Source: the human T2T-CHM13v2.0 reference genome, Homo sapiens
Direction: 5' to 3' (one strand)
DNA: 64,000 nt
NCBI RefSeq assembly: GCF_009914755.1
Contig: NC_060947.1
The stretch's first letter is position 1. The number at the start of each line of letters is the position of its first letter. The notes beneath the pieces are model-generated. The model had not been told where the DNA came from. It worked only from the letters and a program-made list of their open reading frames with translations, and did not search any database. Made by a program: the position numbers and the translations under genes. This document shows positions 1-21,890 of the stretch, in pieces.

Positions 1-79
1 GATGTAAAATGAAACTCACCTATAGACAAATCAGGCCATCTAGCAGAAGCATGATAGAGGATGTAAAATGAAACTCACC
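1..79. repeat. End of a probable 59-bp-period tandem duplication
   Basis: GATGTAAAATGAAACTCACC occurs at 1-20 and 60-79. Confidence 0.6.
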
Positions 80-100
80 GTGGCATACTGGAACACTCAC

Positions 101-480
101 TATCTTAGTCTGTTTTTTGTTGCTATGACCGAATACCTAAGACTCGGTAATTTGTAACGAAAAGAAATATACTTATGACAGTTCTGGAGGCTGGGAAGTC
201 CAACAATGAGGAGCTGCATCTGGTGAGGACCTTCTTGCTAGTGGGGACTCTCTCTGGAGAGTTTTGAGATGGGGCAGGCCTCCGAGAAAAACAACCTGGC
301 TTTTGATCACAGACCTGCTCTTCTGATAACTAACCCACACCTTAGATAACTCATTAATTGATTAATTCATGAAGGGATTAATCCATTCACGAGGGCAGAG
401 CCTCATCTAAACACTCTTACATTGGGGACCCAGCCTCAACATGACTTTTGGTAAGGGCAAACCATATTCTAACCATAGCA
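101..480 (-). mobile_element. MaLR solo LTR, MST type
   Basis: TATCTTAGTCTGTTT...GTTCTGGAGGCTGGGAAGTCCAA...CAAACCATATTCTAACCATAGCA matches the reverse-orientation MST consensus. Confidence 0.8.
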
Positions 481-769
481 CTTACAAACCATCTGCTTAT
501 GTTGAATTAAATTTAGGTGGTTGAATACACACTCAGAGCTGTGACTCTTCGGTTTGATTTATCTCAGAAAGCTCTCAAAGTCCTCATGCTCTACTGAGCC
601 CTCTCAGTATAGGTGGCATTTGCTACATAGCTGGACACTGAAGTTGGCAGCTGAACTTGGCTAGCAACAGGAGAGACTGATGGGTTAGAGTCATTATGAA
701 TTAGTACTATTTTACATTTGTTAGAAAAAAATTGCAAAACTGAACTATTATTATTAATCTTATCATTAT

Positions 770-846
770 TTTGAGAGGGGGTCCTGCTCTATTGCTCAGG
801 CTGGAGTACAGTGGTGCAATCGTAGCTCACTGCAGCCTCAAACTCC
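770..846 (-). mobile_element. AluJ/FLAM fragment
   Basis: GCTCAGGCTGGAGTACAGTGGTGCAATCGTAGCTCACTGCAGCCTCAAACTCC. Confidence 0.85.
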
Positions 847-1452
847 ATACTGCAGCTCTGACCATACCACGGCTCCGACCACAGCACAGCTCTGACTATA
901 CCCCAGCTCTGACTTTACTGTAGATTGGACTATACTGCAGCTGAGACCATATTGCAGCTCCTGCCACAGCACAGCTCCAATCATACCGCAGCTCTGACTG
1001 TACGGCAGCTCTCAGCATAGCACAGCTCTGACTATACCGCAACTGTGACCATACCTCAGCTCTGACCATAGCACAGATCTGGCCATAGCACAGCTCTGAC
1101 TCTACCGTAGCTCTCACTATGCTGTAGATCTCGCTATCCTGGAGCTCTAATCATACCACAGCTCTGAGCATAGCACAGCTTTGAGCGTATCTCAGCTCTG
1201 ACTGTACTGCAGCTGTGATCATACCGCAACTCTGACCATATCTCAGCTCTGACCATAGTGCAGGTCTGATTGTGCCACAGCTCTGACCCTACTGTAGATC
1301 CGACTACACTTCAGCTGTAACCATCCTGCAGCTCTGTGCAGACCTTACATCTGATCTTGCTTCAGCTTTGACCATCCTGCAGCTCTGACCAGACCCCACG
1401 CAGTGCTGATCTCACTGCACATCTGACTGCTGCAGCTCTAACCATGCCGCAG
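847..1452. repeat. Degenerate 17-bp minisatellite, ~35 units (consensus ~ATACYGCAGCTCTGACC)
   Basis: Consecutive 17-mers ATACTGCAGCTCTGACC / ATACCACGGCTCCGACC / ACAGCACAGCTCTGACT. Confidence 0.9.
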
Positions 1453-1849
1453 GAAGTGAAGGAGACGAGAGAGAGAACTAAGGCTGCAATGCTGTTTGCA
1501 TAGCTTGTTGGCACGGCCGCCAGGAATCTTGGATCCAAAGTTAGGAGTGCTGCTGCTGCTTCTCCCAGGGATGGGTCTGCCTCAGTATCCCTGCAGAGTC
1601 AGTCCTGGGGTGTTGGGGCAGCCGTGCACATGTGGTCTCTGTGGCCGGTGTTCCAGTGGGTTTCAGAGCAGCGGCTGAAACTGTCAATGAAACCCCCAAT
1701 GTCTGACATCTCAGGAGGCTTCTCAGGTCTCCCACATGGCAGCTTTTTTTTTTCCTCTTTAAAATAAAAACTTTTTTTCATCCTTCACTAAGAAATAGCA
1801 TTTCCCTATACACCTGACCTCAGCAATGTACACCGTACCAAATAATTAC

Positions 1850-2250
1850 AAATGGTAAGTGCTTTTGTGAAAAGATAATCAACATGCCAGATAAGGAAAG
1901 AAATACAACATTAAAAAAAAAGAGGCCATAATTGTCCATACATTTGGCAAACATACAAAGAAAATGGACAATACTGACACGTTTCAGGGTATCGGGCAAA
2001 AGGATTCTCTGTTAAGGGTGGAAACTGGTAACATCAACTCTAGATGGCCCATTTACACATTATTTGGAGAGATTAAAAAAGTACCCATCCATTGAACCAG
2101 CAATTCAATGTGTAGGAGTGTAGCCTGCGGGTCGCAGGTGCACAAAGACTGTGTAAAGGGAATTGGCTGCAAAAAGGTATTTATTTGCAAAACACTGGGA
2201 ATGAGTTGGAATCAATTTATAGGTTGATGGTTAAGGGTTATGTACAGTTG
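1850..2250 (+). mobile_element. Old L1M fragment
   Basis: Degenerate L1 ORF2 3' motifs (CCATTGAACCAGCAATTC; TTGCAAAACACTGGGAA). Confidence 0.4.
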
Positions 2251-3091
2251 TTGGTTGCCAGCAAGAGAAACAGACTCTAGTTGATTGAAGAAATTTAATA
2301 GATATCGGGCAGGTCAGATAAAGGATGAGAAGATTAGGGAATTATAAGTAGAACCCCATGAAGGCTGGTGGATAAGAAGTCCATGTGTATACCTGCCATG
2401 CCCCAGTTATACACAGCCTGCTTAGGACACAGCTTTGTTGAATTACCTGTAGACCCCAGACTCTGTTGAAGCATTCTTGCTTCCATCACGAATAACTACT
2501 GAACTTTTTTTGTTTTGTTACATCCTTCCCTCAGAATTTTGAAGGTCCCTGATAAGACATCTTTGAGGTCAGGCATAAATCATCACTTCACATCTTGACG
2601 GCAATGCAACGAAGACAAGTATCTGTCTCTTTGGGTCTGTCTAACAAGGAGCAAAGCCTGGCCTCCCACCAGCATCCAGGCAATAGTGGATTCCCTCTCC
2701 ATAGATGTCAAAAAAGAAACAGATGCTCCCGCAGGTGAAATGAGCTCTGGTCCACAATGCAACGCAGGCTGTGCAGAAAATCAAAGAGGAACCAAGCCAG
2801 AAGTATCCCCCAGGACAAATCATTAAGGGGGAAAAGGCAAGTGGTACAACCCTTTATTTTATGATTCTACTAGGAAAAAAAATAGCGGCATTCCTTAAAA
2901 TATTGAGATAACTGGCAGGTAGAATGAACCAAAAACTATTAACAGGGGTTCCCAGGAGAATGGAGGACAATTGAAACAGGGTGTGAGGCGGAGAGGCATA
3001 ATTCGTTCTAGTGATCCTGTCATTCTCGCCTTTCCAATGATACTATATTGGTGAATGCATTGCCCAGATAACATTTAAAAAGGTTTTAAGT

Positions 3092-3399
<308 letters not shown>

Positions 3400-3405
3400 G
3401 GTTTA

Positions 3406-4625
<1,220 letters not shown>

Positions 4626-5013
4626 ACCAGTCATCATCACCTTGTCATCAGCAGCATGTCAATGTAGCGTGGAAAGTGGGGCTGGTGGATGGAGATGTCT
4701 TTTGCAGAGCCAGGGATTCCACGTGGAGCATTTACATTGGGACATTCACTGTTGAGGGTGCTTCCCCTCTCCCCTGCAGACCACCCCCACCAAGGGTCAA
4801 CCCAAGACCCCCAAGCTCACTTTCTTTCCTCCAGGTCTTCACTCTGATGTCAAGTCGTTTCATCTCTCTGAGTTCCTCTTTCTTTATTTGCTAGAAAGGG
4901 ATCCTGCCCTCCCTTTCCTATGACTCTTAGGTTTGTTCTGTGATAAGGTGATTCAAGGGGTAGACACTGCTTCATAAGCTGACCCACAGTGACTGCTGGA
5001 AATGAAAGAGGTT

Positions 5014-5320
5014 GGCTGGGCTCAGTGCTTCATGCCTGTAGTCCCAGCACCTTGGAAGGCCATGGTGGGAGCATTGCTTAAAGCTGGGAGGATCGTTGGA
5101 AGCCTGGGCAACATGGCAAGACACTCATCTCTACAAAAATAAAAATAAATTATCCAGGTGTGGTGGTGTGTGCTTGTAGTCCCAGCTACTCTGACGGCTG
5201 AAGTAGGAGAATCCCTTGAACCTAGGTGTTTGAGACTGCAGTGAGCTAGGATTGCATCACCTCACTCTAGCCTGGACAACACAGTGAGACCCTACCTTCA
5301 AAAAAAAGAAATTAAAAAAA
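5014..5320 (+). mobile_element. AluJ
   Basis: Diverged dimer; AGCCTGGGCAACATGGCAAGAC and GAGACTGCAGTGAGCTA. Confidence 0.9.
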
Positions 5321-5634
5321 CAGCTCACCCTTCATTTCCACACCATTGATGTTGGCAGTTGTGATGCTAGAAGTGAAATTGGTCCTGTTCTCTCTTTGCA
5401 AATAATTTCATTTAGACTTGAGGGGGTCTCCTTCTAGCTCCTAGTTTCTTTGTGTATCTGCGTGTGTGTGTGTCAGAGAGAGAGAGCAAGACAGAGAGAG
5501 AGAGACAAGGATATTTTTCTCTTTTGGTGTTCAGTGGATAGGCGTCCAGGAAGGAGTGTTTGCTGGTTTTCTGGGGAGTAAAATAAAAACAAATGTGGAT
5601 TTAGATAAGAAAGAGATTTGAAAAGACAATTACA

Positions 5635-6012
<378 letters not shown>

Positions 6013-6263
6013 TCAAAGACTCAGGCAGAAACAAATTTCATTTATAGGGAGAGGCATGTCAGAATAATTGATCAGGAAATACTTCCCCTTGTCGTTTGTT
6101 GATTTTTCAGGAGGGGTTGTTGAAGAGGGGCTGTCCCACGTTCCAACGTACGAGGGTGTTCAGAGGAGCTGGGGGTGGGTGGGGGAGGAGAAAACTTCAA
6201 GTTTGGTCCACAAGCACTTTATTCCTATTGATTGTGGGGATGAACAGGTCAGCTAGACATTTA

Positions 6264-6590
<327 letters not shown>

Positions 6591-6737
6591 TAAGAAGAAA
6601 ATAGAAGGGATTTGGAGAGTCTGGTCTGGCCTTGCTCTGGAGATCAAGAGGAAGGCAGCCATGCATCTTTCCTAAGTCATGAGAGAAAGGCAGGAGTTTA
6701 CAGCAAGTCACTTCTCAGAATACAAAAAGGTAAGGGG

Positions 6738-6875
6738 GATTGAGACTATCCTGGCTAATGCAGTGAAACCCCATCTATACAACAACAAAAAATTAGTCAG
6801 ATGTGGTGGTGCATGCCTGTAGTCCCAGCTACTTGGGAGAGGCAGGAGAATGGCGTGAACCCAGGAGGCAGAGGT
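6738..6875 (+). mobile_element. Internal Alu fragment (Y/Sc-like)
   Basis: GAGACTATCCTGGCTAA...GAGAATGGCGTGAACCCAGGAGGCAGAGGTT; both ends missing. Confidence 0.9.
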
Positions 6876-7102
6876 TTCTTCCTTCCTTCCTTCCCTCCCT
6901 CCTTCCCTCCTTCCTTTCCTCCTTCCTTCCCTCCTTCCTTCCTTCCCTCCCTCCTTCCCTCCTTCCTTCCTTCCCTCCCTCCTTCCCTCCTTCCTTCCCC
7001 TTCTCCTTCCTTCCTTCCTTCTTTCCTTCCTTCCTTCTTTCCTTCCTTCTTTCCTTCCTTCTTTCCTTCCTTCCCCCCTTCTTTCTCTCCTCTCTCTTTC
7101 TT

Positions 7103-7134
<32 letters not shown>
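6876..7134. repeat. (CCTT)n/(CT)n polypyrimidine tract
   Basis: ~260 nt of C and T. Confidence 0.95.
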
Positions 7135-7135
<1 letters not shown>

Positions 7136-7415
7136 GATGGAGTCTCACTCTGTCACCCAGCCTGGAGTGAAATGGCACATTCTTGGCTCACTGAAACGCC
7201 CGCCTCCCAGGTTCAAGTGATTCTTCTGCTTCAGCCTCCTGAGTAGCTGGGACTACAAGCGTGCACCACCACACCCAGCTAATTTCTGTATTTTTAGTAG
7301 AGATGGGGTTTCAACATGTTGGCCTGGCTGGTCTTGAACTCCTGACCTCAGGCGATCTGCCCATGTCGGCCGCCCACAATGGTGGGATTACAGGCATGAG
7401 CCACCCCACCTGGCC
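7135..7415 (-). mobile_element. AluS
   Basis: Full reverse dimer. Confidence 0.95.
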
Positions 7416-7834
7416 CAGGTAGGGGGATTTCTTACCCTTCACTGTTTTCTAGAAACACAGTGCTCAGAAAACGTTCAATAGTGTCTGGGACAAGATACTT
7501 AGGTCATTTGAGGGTCTTTTAAATAAAAGAATAAAAAATTACGTATACACATTTAGACATGAAAGAGAATTTTTGTTTAGAATAAAATCACAGCAAATTG
7601 CAAAATCTGGAAAAGCTGATGGGCAGCCTCCAAAATCACAGGATTTACAGAACTAACATTGTTATGCATTCACCGTCAGACCCAATCCTATTTCCCCTAC
7701 AACTTCTAGCCGGAAGGTCTTTGATCAGCGATTTTTGTCTCATCCATACAGGCACGGGAAAGGTATTTCATTCTTTCCTGTAGCACAGCTGACTGTCATT
7801 TATTTATTTTTCAGACTTTAGAAAAGTATCTTTG

Positions 7835-9077
<1,243 letters not shown>

Positions 9078-9315
9078 TGTCAACTATGGGGAAAAGCTCA
9101 TTAATTTTCTCTTCTATAAAATTTGAAAGATTTCTTGACGTTGCAGTTTCTTCTCCCATGATCATTTATCTCAATCTCATTTGAATTGACAGCATTCATT
9201 AGCTCGTTGGTTCTCAGTGTTCTCAGAGTAGCAGTATTTCAAACATTGTATGCTACCTACGTTGATGTTGTACTTTTTCCTAAATTGCTAAAAAATAGAA
9301 GGGTTTTTGCAATGA

Positions 9316-9627
<312 letters not shown>

Positions 9628-9649
9628 TCTTTTTCTTCTTTTTGTTCTT

Positions 9650-9832
9650 TTGAGGCTGCGAATGGATTGGATAAGGCCATCCCATGTTGGAGAAAATGAT
9701 CTCCCTTTCTCAGGCTACCAATTCAATTTCTAACATCACTGGGAAGCACCCTCACAGATACCCCAGAGTGACATTCAATCAGACATCTAAACACCCCATG
9801 ATCCAGTCAACTTAACACATAATATTAATTGT
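9650..9832. mobile_element. MLT2 (ERVL) LTR fragment
   Basis: CACCCTCACAGATACCCCAGA...CCAGTCAACTTAACACATAATATTAA. Confidence 0.65.
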
Positions 9833-9834
9833 TG

Positions 9835-10440
9835 CAACCTCATTCTAGATATAAGAAGGGCCCTAAATGCAATGATAGCTGTTCTAAGAGACAGAAGAGG
9901 AGACGCAGACACAGAGGAGAAGGCCACGTGTAGACAGAGGCAGAGACTGCAGTGATGCGGCCACAAGCCCAGGGATGCCTGGAGCCCCCAGGAGCTGGGA
10001 GAGGCAGGAAGGATCCTCCCCTAGAGCCTCCAGAAGGAACTGGATACAATTGGAATGGGTTATATGGTGATCCCCAAAATATATGTTTATTTCCTTTTCC
10101 CCAGAACCTATAAATGCAATCTTACTTGGAAACAGGATCTCTGCAAATGTAATTAGTGAAGGATCTTGAAATAAAACCTGTCCTAGATTAGGGGGTCCTA
10201 AATGCAAGGACAGGTGTCCTTCTAAACACAGAAGGGGAGACCCAGACAGAGGAGAAGGCCACATGGAGACAGAGACTGGAGTGGTGTAGCCACGAGCCCA
10301 GGAATGCTGGGAGCCCCTGGGAGCTGGGAGAGGCAGGAAGGATCCTCCCCTAGAGACTCCAGAGGGAGCTCAGCCCTAACATACCTTCATCTCAGACTCC
10401 TGGTATCCAGGATTATGTGAGCATACATTTCCATTTTAAG
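9835..10440 (+). mobile_element. Two tandem MLT1C-derived (STIR-like) units
   Basis: GAGGAGAAGGCCAC...GGAGCTGGGAGAGGCAGGAAGGATCCTCCCCTAGAG occurs twice. Confidence 0.85.
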
Positions 10441-11102
10441 CCTTGAAGGTTGTGAAATCTGCCACGGCTGCCATGAAGGTTGTGAAATTGGTCACGGCTG
10501 CCTTGAAGGTTGTGAAATTGCTCACGGCTGCCTTGAAGGTTGTGAAATTGCTCACGGCTGCCTTGAAGGTTGTGAAATTGCTCACGGCTGCCTTGAAGGT
10601 TGTGAAATTGCTCACGGCTGCCTTGAAGGTTGTGCAATTGCTCACGGCTGCCTTGAAGGTTGTGAAATTGGTCACGGCTGCCTTGAAGGTTGTGAAAGTG
10701 GTCACGGCTGCCTTGAAGGTTGCGAAATTGCTCACGGCTGCCTTGAAGGTTGTGCAATTGCTCACGGCTGCCTTGAAGGTTGCGAAATTGGTCACGGCTG
10801 CCTTGAAGGTTGCGAAAGTGGTCACGGCTGCCTTGAAGGTTGCGAAATTGCTCACGGCTGCCTTGAAGGTTGCGAAATTGCTCACGGCTGCCTTGAAGGT
10901 TGCGAAATTGCTCACGGCTGCCTTGAAGGTTGCGAAATTGCTCACGGCTGCCTTGAAGGTTGTGAAATTGCTCACGGCTGCCTTGAAGGTTGTGAAATTG
11001 CTCACGGCTGCCTTGAAGGTTGTGAAATTTGCCACGGCTGACTTGAAGGTTGTGAAATTGGTCACGGCTACCTTGAAGGTTGTGAAATTGGTCACGGCTG
11101 CC
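10441..11102. repeat. 30-bp VNTR, 22 units (CCTTGAAGGTTGTGAAATTGCTCACGGCTG)
   Basis: Exact 30-bp phase over 660 bp; variants at only a few positions. Confidence 0.98.
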
Positions 11103-11589
11103 ACTGCAAACTTTCGTATGGATAGAGGACCCCCTTTCTGACTCATCTGCACATTCTGGTCTGGAATTTGGGATGGCAGTGAACCAGCTGCCCAGTGTAT
11201 ACTGATCTCTCCCCTTGTCTGTGTGTCTAGGAATGGAACAGCCATACAGCCAAGAAACCCACCACAAAGAGTGTTCTTGAATGTCCCAAACTGCAGGCAA
11301 CTTTTCTGCTCTGGCCCATGGGCATGTCCTGGGAAGCTTGTGGTACAGAAAATCCAGCTTACAGCTTCCATCCGGGTAGAGCTGACCTTCCAAAGAGTGG
11401 AAGCTGTCTCAGTTCCTCGCCTGGTGGGGGGCAGATATCTGAAGGCATGGATGCTAGAGAGATTTCTCCTTGGCTAAGGTCCAAGGTTATTTTCTGGGTA
11501 CTTCCTTGCTCGTGATATTATTTTGTGAGCTCTCTAAATGCTTTGGAGTGTTGAGCTTTACCCTGTTGTGTGTTGTGTATTAAGAGACG

Positions 11590-12207
<618 letters not shown>

Positions 12208-12409
12208 CTACTCCCCAGGAATTTTTCCATTTCTACCACTCTCCGTCTCTCCACTACCCCCTGTTGCAAGCTCCTTGGCTGGGACACTCTCAGCGTGGGA
12301 TACATCAGCCCATCTCCTCCCTGCTCTGTTGCCTTGGGGATGTGCCACCTCCCACCAACCACCTCGCCTCTCCATGCTGCGCACTCTTCACTCAGAAACT
12401 CGAGATGAT

Positions 12410-12762
<353 letters not shown>

Positions 12763-13100
12763 TCATGCAAAAAAATGCTTTGAGACAACGACAGGCAAGC
12801 CCAGGTGGTACAACAGGACACAGAAACCATCCCAAAACAAACACTCATGATTCTCCTGTATGACACCAGGAGCCAGCTGTTTCTCACATGCCCCGGCCAC
12901 CTCCCAGTCCCAAACCTTTCTTCCTTGGCCAGCTCCATGTCTTCCATTTGGAATGTCTTCCAGGGGTCAAGTCTGGGGTTCCCTGGGGTCCCCAGTTGGC
13001 CTCACACCGTGGATGCCCTGGGTATTGGCTCTGGACGATGACTTTTGAGCAGCTTTTCTGACAGCATCCACCACCTGTGGCTGCCTCCCTGGCAGAGGCG

Positions 13101-13114
13101 GTAACCATGGAAAC
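13101..13114. promoter_or_regulatory. Candidate RFX X-box
   Basis: GTAACCATGGAAAC fits GTHNYY-AT-RRNAAC; motif match only. Confidence 0.35.
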
Positions 13115-13481
13115 GGGGAAGCCAGCCAAGGATCATCTGTGATGGGAGAGTGGGAGGGAAAAGGAGGCAGACAAAGGGGGCAGGCATCGGTTCATGAGTC
13201 GAAGGGCGTCGGCACCTGAGTGTGGTAGGCCTTTTACAATTCACACCTCCCCAGCGTGTCTACAGGTATCACGTCCCAGGCCCCCAGGAGGTAAGGAGGA
13301 GGGTGAGAGCTCCTCACATCTGTGGCTCCGTGGAAGAGGACGCGTCCTGTGCCTCCACACCACACCCTTGACATTGGCTGTTGTGATGCTCTGGGTATAA
13401 TCAGTCCCAGCTCCAACTCTTTCCATGGCACTGAAGCCTGGATAACACAGTGTAAGACCTCATCTCTAAAAATAAGAAGGA

Positions 13482-13866
<385 letters not shown>

Positions 13867-13955
13867 CTAGCACCATCCTATGTGGGGGTCTCCAAGAGCA
13901 ATCCTCAGGTGTTGTGATACGGCTGCTAGGAGGTCTCCTGGGATGCTACATATAG

Positions 13956-14933
<978 letters not shown>

Positions 14934-15186
14934 CCCCCTCCCCCACCCTTTTTTTTAAAAGTCTTCTGCAGTGGGCTGAAGTATGTCTCTGCAAAGTTTA
15001 TGTCCACCAGAACCTCAGAAGGGAAACTTATTTGGAAATAAAGTCTTCGTGGACGTCGTTAAGATGAGGTTGCACTGGAATAGAGTGGGCCCTAAATCCA
15101 ATGACTGGAGCCCTTGTAAGAAAAAAAGAGAACACACAAAGGAGAAGATGGAGACAGAGGTTGGACTGACACATCTATGAACCAAA

Positions 15187-15925
<739 letters not shown>

Positions 15926-16214
15926 CCAGGCATGCTGAATTAACCGCTTCCCATACCCACATGTAAAACTTCAAAGCTGTCAGTAACGCCTCACGCATGA
16001 TCCTCTTCCATCAATCCCACCTCCAGTTACGGCCAGAGAAGACACAAGACCCCAGTTCAAAAAACTGTCTTTTTTGTGGAGCTCTTCTTTCTACTAAGAC
16101 TTTAGTTGTGTATATCAATTGTGACTTCAATTACGTATAATGGATCTCTCCCGATTTGGGTGAGATTACAATTCCTGATGAGATTTGGGTGGGGACACAG
16201 AGCCAACTATATAA

Positions 16215-16460
16215 TTGATATGAGCAGGGGGGCTGGTGAAAGGTGATTGGATGACGGGGGCAGAGTTCTCGTGAATGGTTTTCATGAATGGTTTCGCACC
16301 ATTACCCCCTTGGTACTACAGTAACCGAGTTCTCATGAGATCTGGTTGTTTAAAACTGTGTAACACTTTTTCTGTCTTCTCTCTTCCTCCTGCTCTGGCT
16401 AGGTAAGACACTTGTTCTCACTTTGCCTTCTGCCATGTTTGTAAGTTTCCTGATGTCTCC
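16215..16460 (+). mobile_element. MSTB-type LTR fragment
   Basis: GAGTTCTCATGAGATCTGGTTGTTTAAAA...GTAAGTTTCCTGA. Confidence 0.75.
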
Positions 16461-16612
16461 TCTGAGCCTCCAGAAGGAACCAAGCCTACTGATACCTTGA
16501 TCTCAGCTGTTGGCCTCCAGAAGTTCGAGAGAACAGACGTCTGCTGTTTCAAGCCACGCAGTTGTTGGTATTTTTCTACAACAGCATCTGAATCCTAATG
16601 CATGCCCTCTAA

Positions 16613-17080
<468 letters not shown>

Positions 17081-18109
17081 TGATAAAATGTGGAGGCTCA
17101 AAGAAAACAAGCAGTGTTCAGCATTCCGAAAGTGGCCTGGTTTGAGGAAATTAATTATTTGGCATCTCTGAACAAGTGGTGTTTTGGACTCCTAAACTTA
17201 AAGATAAATACATATTGTTTCCTACCCTTCATTCGTCTTCCTTCTCCTCGCCCGACCCAGAACTCCAAGAAGGCTAATCTCTTCTGCAATATCGTAATGG
17301 CCTTGAAGCAATCTAACATCTGTGTTCTTCCTTTCCTCATCTATGAAATTACTTTCAAATAACCAAATTAAACAGGATCTTCCATTTGGGCTGGAATGGT
17401 AAGAGCGGCAGAGGACAGCATGTTCCCATTTATAATAGCAGGCACGGAAATTCAACCAGACTTTGCTGATCTAAGAGATGCTCTTGGAAGACCCCATTAC
17501 TTAAATGATCTAGAAAATGTCCTCCCGAGTCAAGGTATGTCTTAAGGAAGAAAAACGTACAAACAAAACCCAGAAAACTGTTTTAAGAGTCTTATTCTGA
17601 TGAGACTCTATTTGTATTTGCCAAATAGCTGTGATTTTCTGGAATGCAGGACAAGCTGATAAATTAGGCAGGATGAAGACACTTTTTTTCTCAAGGGCAG
17701 GAACACAGATAAGAGCACCTAAGTGTAACACTTTGTTCTGGGACACAGCCCAACTCCAGTCCTTCTGTAGAATATCTGTATTCAGTCAGAGGATATCAAA
17801 GATGGATAGAGCCTTGGGAATTATCTAGCACAACCTTATCCATTTTACAGCTGGGGAAACCAGAGCTGGGAGGGCAACTTCCAAATTGGTAGTGATCCAT
17901 CGTACACAATTGAAGTCATCATTGGTAGACACAACTGAGGTCCTAGTAGAAAGAACAGCCTCACAAGACAGTGATTTGAACTGGGGTCTTGTGCCTTCTT
18001 TGGCCATGACTGGAGGTGGGATTGGTGGAAGTGGGTGATGGGTGAGGCTTTACTGACCAATTTGAAATTTTGCATGTGTGTACGGAAAGGAGTTGACTCA
18101 ACAGGCCTG

Positions 18110-20265
<2,156 letters not shown>

Positions 20266-20586
20266 AATTTACAATATCCCTTTTTCTGGGGTCAGACGTT
20301 GAATGCATACCTAGCTTAGCTCCGTACCTGGTGCTATGCCCCGAATGCTTATTGATCTTGTTTTCTGGGTATTGTGGATGAGTGAAGATCCATGCACTGA
20401 TGTTGGGTTGTTTCATTGTGGTCACTTCTCATAGCCCCCATCACACTGCAGCCTTCTCTGTGTCTCTGCATCCACATAGTTGGAGCTAGCCATCTCACTC
20501 AGGGCTTTCTTGGAAGCATAGGGAGTTGCTCCATGCTGCAGAACGGATTCCATCTGTGCAGTGAGAGAACAGGAATTGATAGATAA

Positions 20587-21775
<1,189 letters not shown>

Positions 21776-21890
21776 AGATGTTGGTTTTCATCTCTACTTT
21801 TGAGGAATGCTGATCTAGTACATGTAGGGAAGACTCATGTATTGTCACAACAACCATGAAAGCAAAGGACAGAATCTGGGTGTCAGGGAG

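Noticed and set aside
10441-11102. CRISPR-like regular array
   Set aside because: Head-to-tail repeats without unique spacers, no cas genes, primate DNA
10413-11393. ORFs of 326, 311 and 232 aa across the 30-bp VNTR
   Set aside because: A stop-free unit divisible by 3 opens several frames automatically; the unit derives from an LTR end and no gene structure is evident
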